Source of the DNA: Callorhinchus milii | Lineage: Eukaryota | Assembly (NCBI RefSeq): GCF_018977255.1 | Contig: NW_024704742.1 | Coordinates: 64,296,001-64,360,000, forward strand | Direction of reading: 5' to 3' | DNA: 64,000 nucleotides | In this document: one piece after another, positions 53,181 to 64,000 of the stretch | Position numbering within the stretch: the stretch's first letter is position 1 | How the letters are laid out: every line of letters starts with the position of its first letter | The notes under the pieces: generated by a model | Told to the model about the DNA's origin: nothing | Databases searched by the model: none | Seen by the model: only the letters and a program-made list of their open reading frames with translations | Translations under genes and position numbers: made by a program

Positions 53181-53918
53181 CAGTTTTGTTCGGGTTCTTA
53201 ACTCTCTATGGCAACAAGAATTAAATCAAATCTGGACCTGTGTCAACAACTCCCCCAGAAAGTCTGCAATCCTGAGCTTCTTCACCTGCACCACATCAGC
53301 AGGGTCACCAGCTACACATGTACATAATATATATATATACATATATATATACCCATAATTATGTAACTATATATACAAATATAGACACATATATAAAAAC
53401 AACTCTGCATACGTATATATATTTTATTCTAAAACAAAGCTCGCGCTGTTGGCCCGTGGAGAGCCGCTTTGCGGAAGGCGCTGCTGTCTCTGAGATTCAC
53501 TTTGCTTGCTGCTCAGTGAAGCTGGGAACGCAGGGTAGTTTATTTCTCTCTCCTTCAAGGCGTAAGATCCAGACAATTTTAGACTCGGTTGAATCAGGTA
53601 CTTTGGGGTCGCTCCGCAATTAACCCCCCCATCCCGGTTGTGACATTGTAATTTCCATGGGTGGTTTTTGAATTAGAAAAAGACCAGTTATGATCAAACC
53701 GGTTTTAATTCGGAAACCTCTTACATTCATCACCACCGGGATTCTGAATGCTCTTCCCAGTTTTCAAAATATAAAATAAATGACACAAGAATGATCATAA
53801 TCCACAGGCACGATTTATAGAGGGATAGAAAGTCATACAATCCACTGATGTGATGTAACTGAAAACCAGCCGCAGTAACTGCTGTCAATCCATCCTCACA
53901 CTGACTGGGTTCCTGATC

Positions 53919-54261
53919 CGAAACAAAAACAGAAGTCACTGGGAACACTCAGCAGGTCAGGCAGCATCTATGGAGAAAGGAAAGTGAGTCAACGTTTCAG
54001 GTCCACGACCCTTGGCCAGAACTGGGGCATGTTGGGAGGGAGTGGTTTTTAAGGATACGTTGAGAGGGGGAGGCAGGGCAAAAAGACAAAGAAGACAAAA
54101 AAGAAAACAAAGGAGAGAATGTGTCAGTTGTGTTTGTTTGTCTTCTTTTTTGTTGACTCACTTTCCTTTCTCCACAGATGCTGCCTGACCTGCTGAGTGT
54201 TCCCAGCTCTCTCTGTTTTTGTTTCAGATTTCCAGCATCTGCAGTATTTTGTGTGTTGGGT
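53919..54261 (+). mobile_element. Second Penelope-like inverted-repeat insertion
   Basis: Same arms and tail as 17254-17486 with a longer spacer; 13-bp TSD tgggttcctgatc (53906-53918, 54262-54274); - strand core gttCTGGCCAagggtcgtggacctGAAACgttgact. Confidence 0.72.
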
Positions 54262-54671
54262 TGGGTTCCTGATCTTGGTCACCAGCAGATTTCTATGGGC
54301 TGTTGGAGAGAAAGCGCTGATCAGGAGCCGAAAAGAACACATCTTCACCAAACAACAAAAATGCAGAAGTAAAAAATAAACAGTAGATTTATCTTTTAAA
54401 AGAAATACTAATGAACAGTTTACATTGTTTCAAACAAGGAAACAACAACGATCTCAAATTCCCCAGAGTTTATTAAACAGCACATTTGTTTTTATTTAAA
54501 TTAACTATGAGGTATATTTAATTATATGCAAAAACACAGCCTGAGCACATTCTGCACCATTCCAATAGGTGTCAGGTGTTATATCCTTCAAATAACAGGA
54601 GATCCACCTGTTCTGAATCCTTGCGGCCTGTCATTTACCAGAGTACAGTATTTCCACATAGCTAATACTTG

Positions 54672-54923
54672 GGCAGGGCGAAACCTTGGGCAAGTTTCCT
54701 TACTCCACACAGAGCCTAATAATAATCCCTCCAAAACCAAAAACAATAATAAATTGGTCATTTTCAATCTACGACTGTTTGTGGGACATTGCTGTGCGCA
54801 ATTGGCTGCCGCGTTCGCCCACAAATGTTGTCAATTCACTTTACAGTGTGTTCTGTGAAGCGCTTTGCGACGTCCTCCCGACGTGAAAAGCGCTATATCA
54901 AATGCAAGGATTATTATTATTAT
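54672..54923 (+). mobile_element. 5'-truncated copy of the same SINE
   Basis: Near-identical to the reverse complement of 40561-40815. Confidence 0.9.
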
Positions 54924-55672
54924 TTTGTTTCTAATAATTGATTCTGTTAGGAGGTCAGGTTAATAGATCTTAGTTACCAAATACGGCTCTGTCATTCTTC
55001 TTGAATATTGGACCTAATGTAAATTTGTTTACAGTCTGTTGTTTCCAATGTGCTATTGACCTTGCTTCAAAAGAACTCTCAATCTGCAAATTCAGAAATG
55101 CTGAATTCAAATATGCTAAATATGCTGTAGCATAGTTTGTCCTTCCTGGAGAATTAATTCACTGCAAATGACTTACAAAAATTGGGATATCAATCTGTTT
55201 AAATTCATTTTGCATAAAATTAATATACAATATAATTAGCGTTTTGGTAATCTATGACTGAATTGGCTCTAAGGGGACATTCCTTGCAAAACCTATGTAG
55301 CTCACTCGTGAGACTTGGAGGTGCAGAAATGTGATGTGGATCTGGCAAGCCACCAGATATGGTCTGAGGCTAAACAAGTCCCATGGATGAACAGGACTAT
55401 TTAATATAATAATAATAAACTTTAGATTTGATACAGCGCCTTAGGAGACTGCTCAAAGCCATATCAAGAATGCAGTGCCTCTTAGTTTGTAGGCGAATGT
55501 GGTAGCTGATTTGTGCACAATAAGTAAAAAATCCTACTGTAGATTTACTGTAAATTAATGATTAATGACAGGGCAAACAGAGACCATTGGTTTCCTTGTG
55601 CTGCACAGGCACGTGCCCTCCTGCCTTTTCCTACATTCCATCTGAACCACGTGGGCGTGGCCGCAGAGCATT

Positions 55673-56973
55673 AGTGGTGGGTTGGGGGGGGTGGGTTGAT
55701 TAACATTATTATTATTATTATTATTAGCTTTGCTTCACTGATGATAACAATAATAATCTATTATTATTATTATTAGCTTTGCTTCACTGATGATAACAAT
55801 AATAATCTATTATTATTATTATCTTTGCTTCACTGATAACAATAATAATATATCATTATTATTATGCTTATGATACATTCACTGATGATAACAATAATAA
55901 TATATCACTATATATATATTAGCTTTGCTTCACTGATGATAACAATAATAATATCATTATTATTACTACTACTACTACTGGAGGGGTGCAATTTGATTGA
56001 ACCTTACTTTGCTTTTCCTCTTGGCCAGTTTCAGCACCTGGCCATCAGGGTGGGCGACTTCTGGCTGGCGTGGCCAGGGCTTGCCTTGGGCAACCTGTTT
56101 GCTGAGGCTCCTCCTGCCCTGCTGCAGCTCCTCACACACCGTAGGGGCTGGAGTGGTCCTCTCCTCATCCTCATCCTCATCCAGGGAGAGCCTCCCACAG
56201 CTCTGTGCAGCTCTCTCTGGGAAGTTGTCCATTTCACATCTGTTGCAAAAACCACCACTTACTTTTTTTTCCCCCCCCACCCCCACCCCCCCACCCCCAC
56301 CCCTCCACCCTTTTTTGTTTTGAATGTTCTTGTTATTTTTTTTATTTCCAGCTCTTCTGATATTTTCCAGATATTTACAGGAATGAAGGCAACAGAAATG
56401 GTATATATCTCGAATTCCCTTTTTTTGGGGCTAAAAGGTAAAATTACATGTTTGTGTTCAGCTGATGGCTCCTAATTATTATTATTATTTGTTTTGCTTT
56501 CCTTTTCGCTTTTTAAACGAACGTACACCCCCCCCCCCCAAAAAAAAAAATGAAATGGTATATATAGTTCTGTCTTGCCCCCCCAAAAAAAACTTCTTTT
56601 TTTAAGGTAAAATAAATGGGTGGAGGGTTTTTTTTTTCAGCTGATCTCTAATTTTTCGTTTCTTTTTTTTCTTTTTAATTATATTAATCGACAACAACAA
56701 AAAAAAGGAAAAAAAAAGATGATGAAAGGGTATATTTTTTTCTTGCCCTCCCCTCCCTCCCCCCTCCCCCCTCCCACCCGAATCACTTGGGTTTTAAGAT
56801 TAAAATAAACTCCTGGTACTGAGAGCTGAAGTTACCTGGGCTGGAACTTGTGTGTGAGTGAGTGGGTGAGTGGCTCAAGTTTTACAGAGAGATGGGCTCT
56901 GCTGTGCAATGTGTCTGTGCACTTCGCACTGTGAGACCAAAGCTCTCACTCACATTCTCAATTCGGGCAAAAC
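55673..56973. repeat. 1.3-kb direct duplication, copy 2
   Basis: Starts agtggtgggttgggggg and ends ttcgggcaaaac, as does copy 1. Confidence 0.95.
56008..56232 (-). CDS. Duplicate copy of the first coding exon (75 aa, same translation as 52209-52433)
   Basis: Same ORF and same splice signals inside the 1.3-kb duplication; the duplicated 5'UTR-exon donor lies at 56836. Confidence 0.55.
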
Positions 56974-57190
56974 GCTTCACAGAATATACTGTAAAGTGAA
57001 TTGACTGTTTATTTTGTGAGCGAAACCTGGCAGCCAATTATGCACAGCAGTGTCCCACAAACCGTCATGGATTGAGTGACCATATTATTTTTTTTTATTG
57101 AAAGGATTATTACCTGCGGAAAAGCGATCTGCCAATCCCAGGTTCCTACTTACGGCTAGATAAACAGAGGTGTGTAGAATAAGGAAACTC
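56973..57190 (-). mobile_element. SINE body fragment (long variant) lacking its tail, at the duplication breakpoint
   Basis: cgcttcacagaatatactgtaaagtg...cagcagtgtcccacaaac... begins exactly where duplicate copy 2 ends. Confidence 0.85.
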
Positions 57191-57260
57191 CGAGGGTACA
57201 GTTATTTGTATATTAGACAGAATGCTACCAAATATATCACTAAATGCTTCACTTTGCCAG

Positions 57261-57416
57261 ACATTCAACAGAACGTGATCAACCCATCAGAATCACATTT
57301 AAAAGAAGATTACTTGCACACCAAGCATTCGGTGCTGAAAGATAAACATCGCAATGTCCAAGAAAGTTTTGAGCGCTTACGTAAACTCATCCACCAAGGA
57401 TATGATGAAAATAGTG
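57261..57416 (+). CDS. LRPAP1: LRPAP1 (RAP, alpha-2-macroglobulin receptor-associated protein) internal exon, equivalent to human exon 5
   Basis: ttgccag|AC...AGTG|gtacag; 156 nt, phase 1-1; translates (D)IQQNVINPSESHLKEDYLHTKHSVLKDKHRNVQESFERLRKLIHQGYDENS, resembling human EIHENVISPS...LHSRHTELKEKLRSINQGLDRLRRVSHQGY. Confidence 0.92.
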
Positions 57417-58210
57417 GTACAGTTCTTTTCTTCGTTATAAGTCTTACATTACTGTTATCGTGGGTGATTAGGAACACCCTTTCATTCTGAGTGTTATCTA
57501 TGGTTATATTTTACTTTGGTCAGAGTGGAAATCCTTGTCATATAATATTCGTTTTCAGTTATTTGAAGAACGATTGCTTTGCTATCGAGTGTGTCGTGAA
57601 TAAAGGGTTTTGTAATTGGTTCAATTGCAGACTTGTTAATAAATAGCGGTAGTTCTGATAAATTGAATAGATTTTGCAAATATTTCTGTCAGACTATTGG
57701 TGTAAAATACTTCTTGAAAAGTAAAGCAGATGCAAATATGGGCTAGTTCCATCAGTATCAATATTTCCACATTTAGGTATTTATAAATAAGTTTGAAACC
57801 TAAATGTGATCAATTTTGAGCAACTTTGTATTTAAATGAATAACAGAAATTCTGTAAAAAGAACAAACTTTTTTTGTGTGGGAAAGTAGTCTAATCCTAT
57901 TTTTATTTGCTCACTTTAAATGTCCAACTGTTTAAGTCAACATTGTGTGCTAATTAGAATTGCTTGCGCAGACGCACTTTAATTTAGGGCCGCATAGTGC
58001 TGGACGAAATAGGCCGGTTTTACAATAAAACCGCTTTTTAAAACTGCTACTATTTTGCCTTTGGGAAGCATGGTAGTGAAAAGCCCAGTGAGGCAATAAA
58101 TAAACTATGAAAATGAATAACTGAATCAAAATATGAGCAGTTTTCTCATGCTGTATTTGTGCTTCGTTCCTTGAGTTAAATCCAAGTTTAATAACTTTGT
58201 TTTCTGACAG

Positions 58211-58293
58211 AATTTTTTGAGCCTAGAGTTCTCGAGCTGTGGGATATGGCAAAACGATCAAACTTCACTGAAGATGAACTGGATTCTATTAAG
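58211..58293 (+). CDS. LRPAP1: LRPAP1 internal exon (human exon 6 equivalent)
   Basis: ctgacag|AA...AAG|gtaagt; 83 nt; (E)FFEPRVLELWDMAKRSNFTEDELDSIK matches RAP EFEEPRVIDLWDLAQSANLTDKELEAFR; frame continuous with flanking exons. Confidence 0.95.
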
Positions 58294-58354
58294 GTAAGTG
58301 AATTTATAATAACAATAATCCTTGCATATTGATATAGTGTCTCTGAGACGTCTC

Positions 58355-58728
58355 AAACAACAACAACAAGATTCCATTTATAGAGCATCTTTCATGTCGG
58401 GAGGACGTCCCAAGGCGCTGTACAGTTGCGTCAGGACCCGAGCGGGGGGAAATGGTCAGGGTGAGGGGAGGGAAGGGAGGGAGCGAGGAGGGAGTCGAGA
58501 GGGGAGGTGAAGGCACGGTTGAAGAGAAAGGTCTTGAGACCGGCCTTGAAGGAGGAAAGGGAGGAAGCGGCGAAGGCACTGGGGGATAGAGTTCCAGAGC
58601 CTCGGGGCTGAGAGGCTGAAGGCCCGGCCACCGATGGTAGGGCGGTTGGGGCGGGGGATGTGGAGCAGACCGGAGCCAGAGGAACGGAGGGTACGGGCAG
58701 GTAGGTAGGGGGATAGTAGGTCGGAGAG
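58355..58728 (-). mobile_element. Young L2 3' end in an LRPAP1 intron
   Basis: IGGRAFSLSAPRLWNSIPQ motif; near-identical to 59295-59763 in inverted orientation. Confidence 0.9.
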
Positions 58729-59294
58729 ATTTATGGCCACACTATGAATATCATTGCTAGGTAGCTACTGGAAACTAGTATTGATTTAACAGAGACTTAC
58801 CTAGACTAGTACAAATGTTTTATTGGACACTTCTTGATGCTCCCCTTGGGCTTTGGAGTCCACGTCTTGCCCCACATTCCCATCATCGCATCCTCACAAA
58901 GCCCTTCTGTCTCCCTCTCCGCAGTGCATAGACATGAAGATTCTCATTTTTAATTGCCCTTCTCCCCCCCCCCGAGGGCTTTGTCCATGTAATTTTCTTC
59001 AACCTTATGTTGCAGCTTCTATTCTCCACACCTGGTTTACATGCTCGTCTCCTCAGCTCTAACATCTGAACCTCTGAAATGCTTCCAAAACCACTTAATC
59101 TCACTTTCTCCGGACTTTTTAAATTCTTCTAAAGACTTGTCTCTAACCAATCTCTAGATTCCACTACTTAATGCTCAGTGACCATTGTTCAAACCTGCAA
59201 GTAACAGAAAATATTTTCGTAAAAAATGCAGTAACGTACTGTACCTTGTAGGTTGAGGGAGAAGACTGTGAGAACACCATGTGATCTAGAATTC

Positions 59295-59763
59295 GAATTC
59301 AAGATCCTCATCCTCACCTACAAGGCCATTCACGGCCTTGCTCCCTCCTACCACTCCGACCTACTAACCCCCTACCTACCTGCCTGTACCCTCCGTTCCT
59401 CTGGCTCCGGTCTGCTCCACATCCCCCGTCCTAACCGCCCAACCATCGGTGGTCGGGCCTTCAGCCTCTCAGCCCCGAGGCTCTGGAACTCTATCCCCCA
59501 GTGCCTTCGCCGCTTCCTCCCTTTCCTCCTTCAAGGCCGGTCTCAAGACCTTTCTCTTTGACCGTGCCTTCAGCTCCCCTCTCAACTCTCTACCCTCTCC
59601 TCGCCCCCTCCCTTCCCTCCCCTCACCCTGACCATTTCCCCCTCCTCGCCCCCTCCCTCCCCTCACCCTGACCATTTCCCCCCTGCTCGGGTCCTGACCC
59701 AACTTACAGGGCCTTGGCACGTCTTCCCAACGTGAAAGGCGCTCTATAAATGAAATCTTGTTG
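59295..59763 (+). mobile_element. Young L2 3' end in the same LRPAP1 intron
   Basis: EFKILILTYKAIHGLAPSY...GGRAFSLSAPRLWNSIPQ; contains a roughly 40-bp internal tandem duplication near 59598-59685. Confidence 0.9.
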
Positions 59764-59808
59764 TAGAATGGCAAAAATTCATTCACTTTCAAATATGGTT
59801 GACTGTAG

Positions 59809-59985
59809 GAAGAGCTCAAACACTTTGAGACCAAGATTGAGAAGCACCAGCATTATCAGCAACAGCTGGATTTGTCCCATCAAAAACTCAAGCATGTGGA
59901 GAAAATGGGAGACAAGGAGCACTTGTCTCGCAACAAAGAAAAATATGCAATGCTGGCGGACAAAACAAAAGAATTAGGTTACAAG
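59809..59985 (+). CDS. LRPAP1: LRPAP1 internal exon (human exon 7 equivalent)
   Basis: ctgtag|GAA...AAG|gtaagt; 177 nt; EELKHFETKIEKHQHYQQQLDLSHQKLKHVEKMGDKEHLSRNKEKYAMLADKTKELGYK matches RAP domain 3 (EELKHFEAKIEKHNHYQKQL...TKELGYT). Confidence 0.96.
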
Positions 59986-61136
59986 GTAAGTATCCTTGTC
60001 TTTTTGTTTAAAATATTAAATATGTATGTTTAAATTTCCAAAATTTTCAGCTGTTTTGATACAAAATGGATAACTAAGATCTATTTAACTTCTGCTATTA
60101 GATGTACACTGTAAACGTGTGGACTTCTAACCTTGAGGCATTTTCATCACAATCTGTAGCCTAGTCTTGTGCTGTTTAAGGTTACTATTAGTCGGACCCA
60201 TGTACACTTTATTTTAGGAGGGAGATAGATAAGAAATCTTATTGATGGGTACTGTTTATTTCTACACTTAACTTTCTTATGCATCACAGCTGCAAACTGC
60301 TTTTGATAATTTTTTGAAAAGAAACCTGTAAAGCCTCTTTTGAAGTGTTATGTAAAGCTGATTGAGTGGTGAGATGTTTGTTAGCTGTGTAAGTCAAATT
60401 GTTTATAGCTGTTCTAATTCATGGCCATCCTTCGGATGAGTCATTAAACCCAGGTCCCATCTGCCTGTTCAGGTGGACGTTAAAGATCCAATTGCAATGT
60501 TCGGAAAGAGAAGGGAGTTTCTCCCGGTGTCCTGGCCAACAAATTACCCATATAGAATTGGTCACTCACTTCATGGCTGTTTGTGGGACATTGCTGTGCA
60601 CAAATTGGCAGGCACATTTGCCCACAAAATACAGTATATTTATGGCTTCTGATATGAATCTCACTTAAAAAAATAACTTAGTATCAATTCTTCTGAATTC
60701 AGAACCCACTACTGGGTTATGATTTTTAAATAAATGGCCTGTCTACCCAATTCACTGCTGACTATTAACTTTTTTTTACTTTGTGTATCAGCTTGGCTCA
60801 GTACTTTTGCCTCTGGGTTCAGAATATTATGAGTTCAAGATCATACTTGAGCCAAACAGTCTAGGTAATAATCCCTCCACTATTTCAGGGGGATAGTGTT
60901 AATGTGTCAGTAATGTTATCTTTTACAAATTATTTTGTGGGCAAAAAATTAAATTAATTGTTTCCCACACAAAAAGCAGTCAGGCCACTTTACAATATAT
61001 TTTCACTGAAGCTTTGAGATGTCTTAATAATATTCCAAGGAATATTATTATTTTGGCAGTCTATTTTGTCTTCATGTTGTCTGCTTAAAAGCACGCAATA
61101 TTTCACTAAATGTGTCTTTTGTTTTCCTTTCTTTAG

Positions 61137-61205
61137 GTAAAGAAGCACTTTCAAGACTTAATGGGTCGACTGTCAAGAGGAGGGCTGAATCATAATGAGT
61201 TATGA
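61137..61205 (+). CDS. LRPAP1: LRPAP1 last coding exon with ER-retention signal HNEL
   Basis: Strong polypyrimidine tract ttttgttttcctttctttag|GTA; VKKHFQDLMGRLSRGGLNHNEL*; C-terminal HNEL is characteristic of RAP. Confidence 0.96.
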   Translation, partial: VKKHFQDLMGRLSRGGLNHNEL

Positions 61206-61738
61206 TTTACATAGAGCTTTTCTTATTACTATTCCATTCCCATCGTAGGACTATTTACCAAAGCCTAGCAATTGTAAATCAATGGTTTCTTCGTCTCCAA
61301 TGTTTCTTGGAGTTTGGTAATGACTGGCCTCTTGTTGTACATACAGTAATTGAAGCCTTTTGGGTCAAGAGGTGATGACAGTGCTGTAGAACAGTGGATC
61401 AATAATGAACTAAGATTTTCTTGACTAATCAAAATGTCCAGTTACTCCTTTATATACTGATTATGTTTGTAACTTAAATTCAGAAATGACTATCTGATGG
61501 TAAAATGTCTTTTTACTAATGTTTTGATTATTGATAGGTGTGTTTGACCTGCTCCCATAAGGCACATATTTTATTTTAGTTTCATTGATTTGTTATACTG
61601 CCTCTAAACAGCAAAAGCAAAACTTGAATGTCACGTGCATAGTTGGTACATGTACAGAATGTACTGTTGTAGCATTCAGAAACATACCTCTATATCTAAT
61701 TTGTAGAAGTGATGTAACAACCTGCTTCCTGTATCAAA

Positions 61739-61744
61739 AATAAA
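61739..61744 (+). terminator. Candidate polyadenylation signal of LRPAP1
   Basis: AATAAA about 530 nt after the stop codon in repeat-poor AT-rich sequence; other AATAAA hexamers occur further downstream. Confidence 0.4.
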
Positions 61745-63094
61745 AGTTACACAACCAAATCATTCTTATTTATTTTTAAAAGTTACAAGAAACAGGTTAG
61801 ACTGTGAACCAGAATATTCACTGAATCATTGAAAGAACAGTGCTGTGGAGAGGACACAAGTATAGTTTCACGTAGATCACTATGTTCAGTATTTACAAAG
61901 CTAGCCCTGGCCATGCCCCTCATCACATGTTGCCATTTCTAGAGGTACCATTTCACTCCCTTTTCTGTCCCTCAGTCACCTTTATCCATGCTGACACTAT
62001 TGTTCACACCAGTCTTAGTCTTTACACTTTTCATGTGGCATAATTGCATATGCTTTTCCAAGTTTATTTGTGAAACATCAACTGGATTACCCTAAAATAT
62101 ATACTCAGTATTTTTCACAAACAATTACATAAATAGGATTTGTTGATTATCGCTTATTCCTCACCTTTTCATAATGTTTGCCCATCTGCTAAGATAAGGC
62201 CAGTTTAAGGGGTAATTCCTTTTTTTAAAAAAAGACTATACAAAAGTAACATTCAGACCATGTGTTAGGTTTAAATATTCTTATGGAAAATGGTAATTGT
62301 GTTAGAGATGGTACAAAAGTGTGACAAAAGAATAGTACACGCCCAACTACAGAAGAATTAAGGTTTTGATACGTTTAACCATGGTGATGGAGTTTCTGCA
62401 TGTGTCAAGACACCTGGCTAACCAAATAAAGATAGCATTTACATGAGTAAAAAACAAATTCTGGCTTTGCTGGTTTTCAAACTGATGTTAAAGACTTGTT
62501 GGAATAAAAAGTCCATCACAAAATACAAAAATCTATTAATTTTACAGTTTAATCCAATTCTAGATCATGTAATTCTACAATTACACAGAATGATATGGCA
62601 TGGAACATAGGAACAGGAGTAGGCTATTCAGCCCCTCAAGTCTGTTCTGCCATTCTATATGATCGTGGCTGATCTGTACCTCAACTCCAATTACCCATCC
62701 TGACCCCATATGCCTTTACCTAACAAATATAATGAGGATAACCATTCAGCCCAACTAGTCTGGGTGTTTGTACTGCACATGTGCCTCTATTCCCTTCTGA
62801 TTTGTGTATGCATCAAGATTCTGCTTAAATATTTTGATGCTTTTGATTCAACCACAGCATCTGACAGTGAGTGCCATGTTCTCGGTCCCCTCTGCGTGAA
62901 GAAATTAACTAGGTGTCTAATGCACCATTCTACTACCAAAATACTAGTTTTAACTAAGCGTGCAGTGGAGAATTACATCACAATGAGGATGCTGAGCCGA
63001 TGTGTTCAAGGTGTCACAATTGTTTCCATCAGGGTTTTTGTTAAGGTTTTATGAATTCAGTACACTCAGTAATCAATACATGTACTTCAACAAC

Positions 63095-63545
63095 TGGAAC
63101 AAATTACATTTGTATAGTGCCTTACACGATGAGACAGGCGCTGGACAGTCAAGGATTTGGACCTAAGCTGGGAGTTTGGATCGGGAGGGTTGGAGAGCAG
63201 CAGGGTAGGGATAGCAGGGTGACCGAAGGCATGGTCAAAGAGGAGGATCTTGAGGCAAGGGAGCGGGAAGAGGCAAAGGGACTGTGGGATGGAGTTCCAA
63301 AGGGTGGGGGCAGAAAGGCTGAAAGCCTGACCCCCTATGATGAGGCGGGCTGGGCAGGGCTGGAGCCTGCTGAGAGGAGTGAGCTGACAGGTCTGTATGG
63401 AGTTAGCAGGTCACTGAAGAGCAAGGCCGCAGAGGGCTTTGAAGACCAGGATGAGGATTTTGAACCTCTATCCGCTGAGGGATGGGGAGCCAGTGAAGTC
63501 AGACACGGTTGAGGGAGCTTGGTGCGGAAAGGACATGAGCTCCAG
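63095..63545 (-). mobile_element. L2 LINE 3' end
   Basis: Similar to 1-310. Confidence 0.8.
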
Positions 63546-64000
63546 AAATTTTCCACCTTTATTTGCTGCCCAGAACAGGGTCTTTGTTATGTGCAGTGCA
63601 GTGTAATCGGTCTATATTGAGGTTGAGAACAATATCTAAACACACAAAGATTCAAGGGTACTGAGCTGGTTGGAAACAGGTTTGTGCTGCAGCTCCTGAA
63701 ACCAACAGTGGTACCTACTGGTTGAATGGGGGAGAGCTAATTCCCACACTATTTAGGACTGGCTCCATTGCAGATCAGCAAACTGGATAATAGGATTTTA
63801 AGCAAAATACAAATTAGTTCCTGCTAAGAAAATTGTCTGATCAGGAGTTATACTATTCCTATAGCAGCCCCATGGCTACTTTCATGTCAGAGACCAATGG
63901 GGGATAAATAGACATGCAGAAAATAGCATTCTACCATATAGTGACATTGACAGAAGCTTATTAGCAGAATTTTATAATATCAATTATCCTTGCATTTGAT

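Larger units (their letters stand above)
51870..53181. repeat. 1.3-kb direct duplication, copy 1
   Basis: Nearly identical to 55673-56973; differences mostly in homopolymers, the minisatellite and one short indel near 52600. Confidence 0.95.

Noticed and set aside
55864..56475. 203-aa + strand ORF (and 52137-52517)
   Set aside because: Antisense shadow of the - strand exon plus minisatellite-derived low complexity

Overview
Eukaryotic genomic DNA, not prokaryotic. The repeat landscape (L2 and CR1 LINE fragments, tRNA-head SINEs, Deu-domain SINEs, Penelope-like hairpins) points to a cartilaginous fish, possibly a chimaera; this is inferred from repeat families only. Most of the ORF track is noise or decayed LINE ORF2. 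There are three real coding signals. (1) The last four exons of LRPAP1/RAP on + (57261-61205, ending in HNEL); I found no upstream exons in the window. (2) An unrecognised spliced gene on - (about 53180 to 45000, about 197 aa, basic), whose first two exons are duplicated nearly identically (51870-53181 vs 55673-56973). (3) A 1.34-kb DNA transposon at 21599-22942 with 22-bp TIRs and a perfect 8-bp TSD, inserted in a CR1 fragment. It carries a decayed, intron-containing CGGBP1-like coding region (BED zinc finger plus adjacent hAT domain) that the ORF track largely misses; this is the most interesting item. Also present: two Penelope-like hairpin insertions with TSDs and degenerate hammerhead-ribozyme cores, nested hAT MITEs, a near-identical inverted L2 pair filling an LRPAP1 intron, minisatellites and a strong CTCF motif. 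All homology calls come from reading the sequence against remembered family motifs; no searches were run, and repeat boundaries are approximate unless a TSD/TIR or splice site is given.
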